This document shows positions 61,349-64,000 of a DNA stretch of 64,000 nucleotides, piece by piece. Origin of the DNA: Desulfatiglandales bacterium (lineage in GTDB: Bacteria; Desulfobacterota; DSM-4660; Desulfatiglandales; Desulfatiglandaceae); assembly GCA_963662465.1 (NCBI GenBank), contig OY759599.1:5600001-5664000 (forward strand), read 5' to 3'. The first letter of the stretch is position 1; each line of letters opens with the position of its first letter. Both the position numbers and the translations under genes were made by a program. The notes beneath the pieces were generated by a model. It was not told the origin of the DNA. It saw only the letters and a list, made by a program, of their open reading frames with translations, and searched no databases.

Positions 61349-63136
61349 CTAACGCCAGCGGGTACGCTCAAATTTCCCCGTTATGGCCGCATTCACCACA
61401 TCCCGGCGTGTGCCCAGCCAGTTTTTGGGGAAACCGATGCCTGACCCGAGGGTAGCCATCTTGAGGCTGTCGGTGGCATAGACCAGGGATTCAGCCACCT
61501 GGAAGTCCCGGTCGATCATACCGGGACAGCAGGAGTGAACTACCCGGGCCCCGCTTTTTTCCACGGCTTCCACCAATCCCGCCTTTTTGGCGGCGCTGTA
61601 CATGATATAGTCCGTATATAACCAGAGACGCTTTTTCACCTTCTGCCCATTCAGGAGTTTGGCCAGTTCGACGAATTCCTCAAGGGTCAAAAACGGGCAC
61701 CCCACCACCGCCACATCGATTTCACGATTCTCGGTCTGATGGATGCCGTGGAAAAGGGCGCGTAAATCCGCCTTGCCGATTTGAATGCGCTCTACATCAG
61801 CGGGAATTTCACCCCCGAAAGCATCCTCAAGGGTCTGGGCTTCGGGGGTAATGCCCACAATGTGGATCATGGGGTAGGTCAACGCCGGGGAGACGCAGGC
61901 ACAGAATGCCTTGGCCTGCTCGTTGGTCATCTCCTTGAGACCCGCCACTACCGGCACCCGGTCCACGGCCCGAAAGCCGATGGCGCCTCCCAGGGCAACA
62001 AAGTCGCCGATATCCAGCAATTCCGGAAGAACTTCGGGGGCCACCTCAAAGAGCATCTGTCCCTTCCGATTTTTCCAGAGATGCATGCCGTATTCGGGCA
62101 TGACGCCGGTAATAGCAGCATAGAGGACCATGTTGGCGGGGTCGCGATTCACCCTGGCCCCCAGCATGGTATTGGTGTAGGCCGCGTGGTTGCTTTCGCT
62201 GGTCACATGGCATTCCCCGAACCGTGCCACGCTCATGTGCATGTAAGGGATGCAGGTGGGGATCACATGAACCCCCATGGACTTCAGATTGTCATGAACC
62301 GGCTTCATGGCCTCATACACTTTTCGGGCAGGGGTCCGAACCTTGTAATGCCAGGGCATGCCAAGGTCGTCCACCAGTTCGTCCGCTATGAAGGTACTCT
62401 CCAACGTAGTGGGAACGGCCACTTTGGCGTCCAGTTTCGCAAATTCCTCATAAATGGGCCAGGCGCCGATGACCAAACCTTCAGTCTTCCAGTCGGAAAA
62501 TACATGGGCTGAACGAATTTTGGCCATTTTTGTGGAACCCATCCCCTGACCGAATTTCACCAGTCGCTCCATGGCCACCTGTTTGGCTTTGCCGCGCTTG
62601 CCCGCCAGCATCTCCTGTTCATGGGATGTCAGTTGGAGACAGTCTTTTTTCCAGCCCCTTGCCTTCTTTCTCTCCGGTGTTACCTCTTCCGCGGCCGCTT
62701 CCTTTGAACAAACCTCGACAATGGCCTCTCCGCCGGCTTCAGGCGCCGTAATCTTGACCCGGTCTCCTGTTTTTATGGTTTGGCAAGGATCCAGGTCAAA
62801 ACCGTCCACCGCCGGGATCCCAGCGTCCACGGCGCCCCCCACGCTGATGGGATGAACCGTCCGACAGATCAGGGCCTTGGGACCTTTGCCGGTGATCTTG
62901 CATTTGAAATACAGCCCCCAGGCGCCTCCCGTGGAAAAAATATCGGTATCATAAACAATGATCTTCCCAGCATAGCTCTGACCCATCAGAGGGTGGCCGT
63001 TCATACGGATCACGCCGTCGGATCCGATGGCATTAAAAAGATGACTCAATTTTTCGGTGGTGACCAGGGCCTCCCCTTCGACCTCGCCTTCAACGCGCGT
63101 GATACCATGAAGAACTTTGCTTGGTTTTTGTTCCAT
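61349..63136 (-). CDS. Aconitase X, fused swivel plus catalytic domains
   Basis: GEVEGEALVT, HPLMGQS.AGKI, LTSHEQEMLAGKRG, CIPY, ESNHAAYTNTMLGARVNR, HIVGITPEA, VGCP. Confidence 0.88.
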   Translation of the reverse strand: MEQKPSKVLHGITRVEGEVEGEALVTTEKLSHLFNAIGSDGVIRMNGHPLMGQSYAGKIIVYDTDIFSTGGAWGLYFKCKITGKGPKALICRTVHPISVGGAVDAGIPAVDGFDLDPCQTIKTGDRVKITAPEAGGEAIVEVCSKEAAAEEVTPERKKARGWKKDCLQLTSHEQEMLAGKRGKAKQVAMERLVKFGQGMGSTKMAKIRSAHVFSDWKTEGLVIGAWPIYEEFAKLDAKVAVPTTLESTFIADELVDDLGMPWHYKVRTPARKVYEAMKPVHDNLKSMGVHVIPTCIPYMHMSVARFGECHVTSESNHAAYTNTMLGARVNRDPANMVLYAAITGVMPEYGMHLWKNRKGQMLFEVAPEVLPELLDIGDFVALGGAIGFRAVDRVPVVAGLKEMTNEQAKAFCACVSPALTYPMIHIVGITPEAQTLEDAFGGEIPADVERIQIGKADLRALFHGIHQTENREIDVAVVGCPFLTLEEFVELAKLLNGQKVKKRLWLYTDYIMYSAAKKAGLVEAVEKSGARVVHSCCPGMIDRDFQVAESLVYATDSLKMATLGSGIGFPKNWLGTRRDVVNAAITGKFERTRWR

Positions 63137-63250
63137 ATTTTCCTCCAGGATAATGGTAGATGATTGACTAAAGCCCTCGTGCCGCCGAACGTTCCTTGGA
63201 AATCAGGTCCCCATCCAGCTTGAAGTAGTCCCAGGCCCTCTCCTCCCTGA

Positions 63251-64000
63251 TTATGTTTGCTGTGAACTGTCTTGATGCAAATCCTTCAGACCTTCCGCGG
63301 ACCGGATATGCAGGTCCAGTTGCGGAAAGGATATTTCGATGTTGTTTTCCCTGAAAATACGGGTGATGTGGTAGCGTACCTCCGAGTCGGCATATCGGTC
63401 GGACCAACCCTTGATCCATAGCCTGAGGGAAAAAACCAGGGTGTTGTCGCCGAAATCGAGAAATCGGACTCTCGGAGGCGGTCGATCGATCACCTTGGCG
63501 CTTTGTTTGGCGGCTGAAAGGAGCAGTTCGGTCACTTTTTCCACATCGGAGCCGTAGGCCACGCCAATTTTGATTTCCTGGCGGTAGCGCCGGTCCGCAT
63601 GGCTCCAGTTGATCATTTTCTGCGATATCAACAGGGAATTGGGCACAAAGATGGTGGCCCCTGAAAACGCTTTGACAAGGGTATTGCGAATGGTCACTTT
63701 CCTGACATGCCCTCTGATATTGTCGATTTCCACCAAATCCCCCGGCTGAAGGCTTCTCCCAAACAGGAGAATTAATCCGCCGATGAAATTGTTCACGATG
63801 TTCTGCAACCCGAAACCCAAGCCCACGGAAAGGCCTCCGGCGATAACGGCCAGGTTTCTGAAGGAGATGCCCAGAAGTCCCAACGCGGCCAAAACGAACA
63901 GGGACCAGAGTACGTAGGTGACAATGGTGTCCAGGGACTGCACCGAACCCGAATCCAAGTCCCGGTGGCGTTCCGGCAGTTTGGTTAAAGCCGAACGTGC
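63251..64000 (-). CDS. MscS-family mechanosensitive channel (5' partial)
   Basis: GGLSVGLGFGLQNIVNNFIGG, GDLVEI, VPNS, GVAYGSD, ISFPQLD. Confidence 0.93.
   Translation of the reverse strand, partial: ARSALTKLPERHRDLDSGSVQSLDTIVTYVLWSLFVLAALGLLGISFRNLAVIAGGLSVGLGFGLQNIVNNFIGGLILLFGRSLQPGDLVEIDNIRGHVRKVTIRNTLVKAFSGATIFVPNSLLISQKMINWSHADRRYRQEIKIGVAYGSDVEKVTELLLSAAKQSAKVIDRPPPRVRFLDFGDNTLVFSLRLWIKGWSDRYADSEVRYHITRIFRENNIEISFPQLDLHIRSAEGLKDLHQDSSQQT

Noticed and set aside
63168..63250. Short reading frame tail after mscS (EERAWDYFKLDGDLISKERSAARGL)
   Set aside because: Might be a gene remnant but too short to assign
1..64000. CRISPR array, tRNA or rRNA genes
   Set aside because: No regularly spaced repeat-spacer array or recognisable structural RNA gene seen by eye; the TnpB has IS607 context, so it is not called Cas12f

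Overview
64 kb from an anaerobic deltaproteobacterium (Desulfobacterota-like, judged from gene content). Layout: (1) 1-11.6 kb, a decayed defence island made largely of stitched gene fragments (DUF499, RloA/RloB, RhuM, type III Res, OLD/UvrD Gabija-like, AAA_21/DUF4276, NERD-type helicase), bracketed by two copies of a TM0106-nuclease/SF1-helicase operon end, the second preceded by a DnaQ-WYL exonuclease; (2) 11.8-29.7 kb, housekeeping (HIT, amgK/murU/nagZ-type peptidoglycan recycling, dinB, antiporter, lipAB, RND, frdCAB); (3) 29.7-37.5 kb, a Wsp-like chemosensory operon whose outputs are a guanylyl-type cyclase and a SpoIIE phosphatase, cut upstream by an IS607/TnpB element; (4) 37.5-43.5 kb, mobile/pseudogene debris (IS607, DDE IS, group II intron 5' remnant, TA pair, reductive dehalogenase-PaaK chimera); (5) 44-51.4 kb, an exported multi-rhodanese selenoprotein (in-frame UGA plus SECIS) beside a YeeE/YedE transporter, then FGE-domain protein, sucCD-like, menA-like; (6) 53.3-63.1 kb, an apparently uncharacterised glycyl-radical-enzyme cluster (IslA-like GRE with altered active site, activase, degenerate PfkA, two 3-hydroxyacyl-CoA dehydrogenase homologues, aconitase X, BASS transporter). 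Best novelty candidates: the GRE cluster, the seleno-rhodanese/YeeE pair, the cGMP-type Wsp system and the WYL-exonuclease/TM0106/helicase module. All family calls are by motif recognition without database searches.
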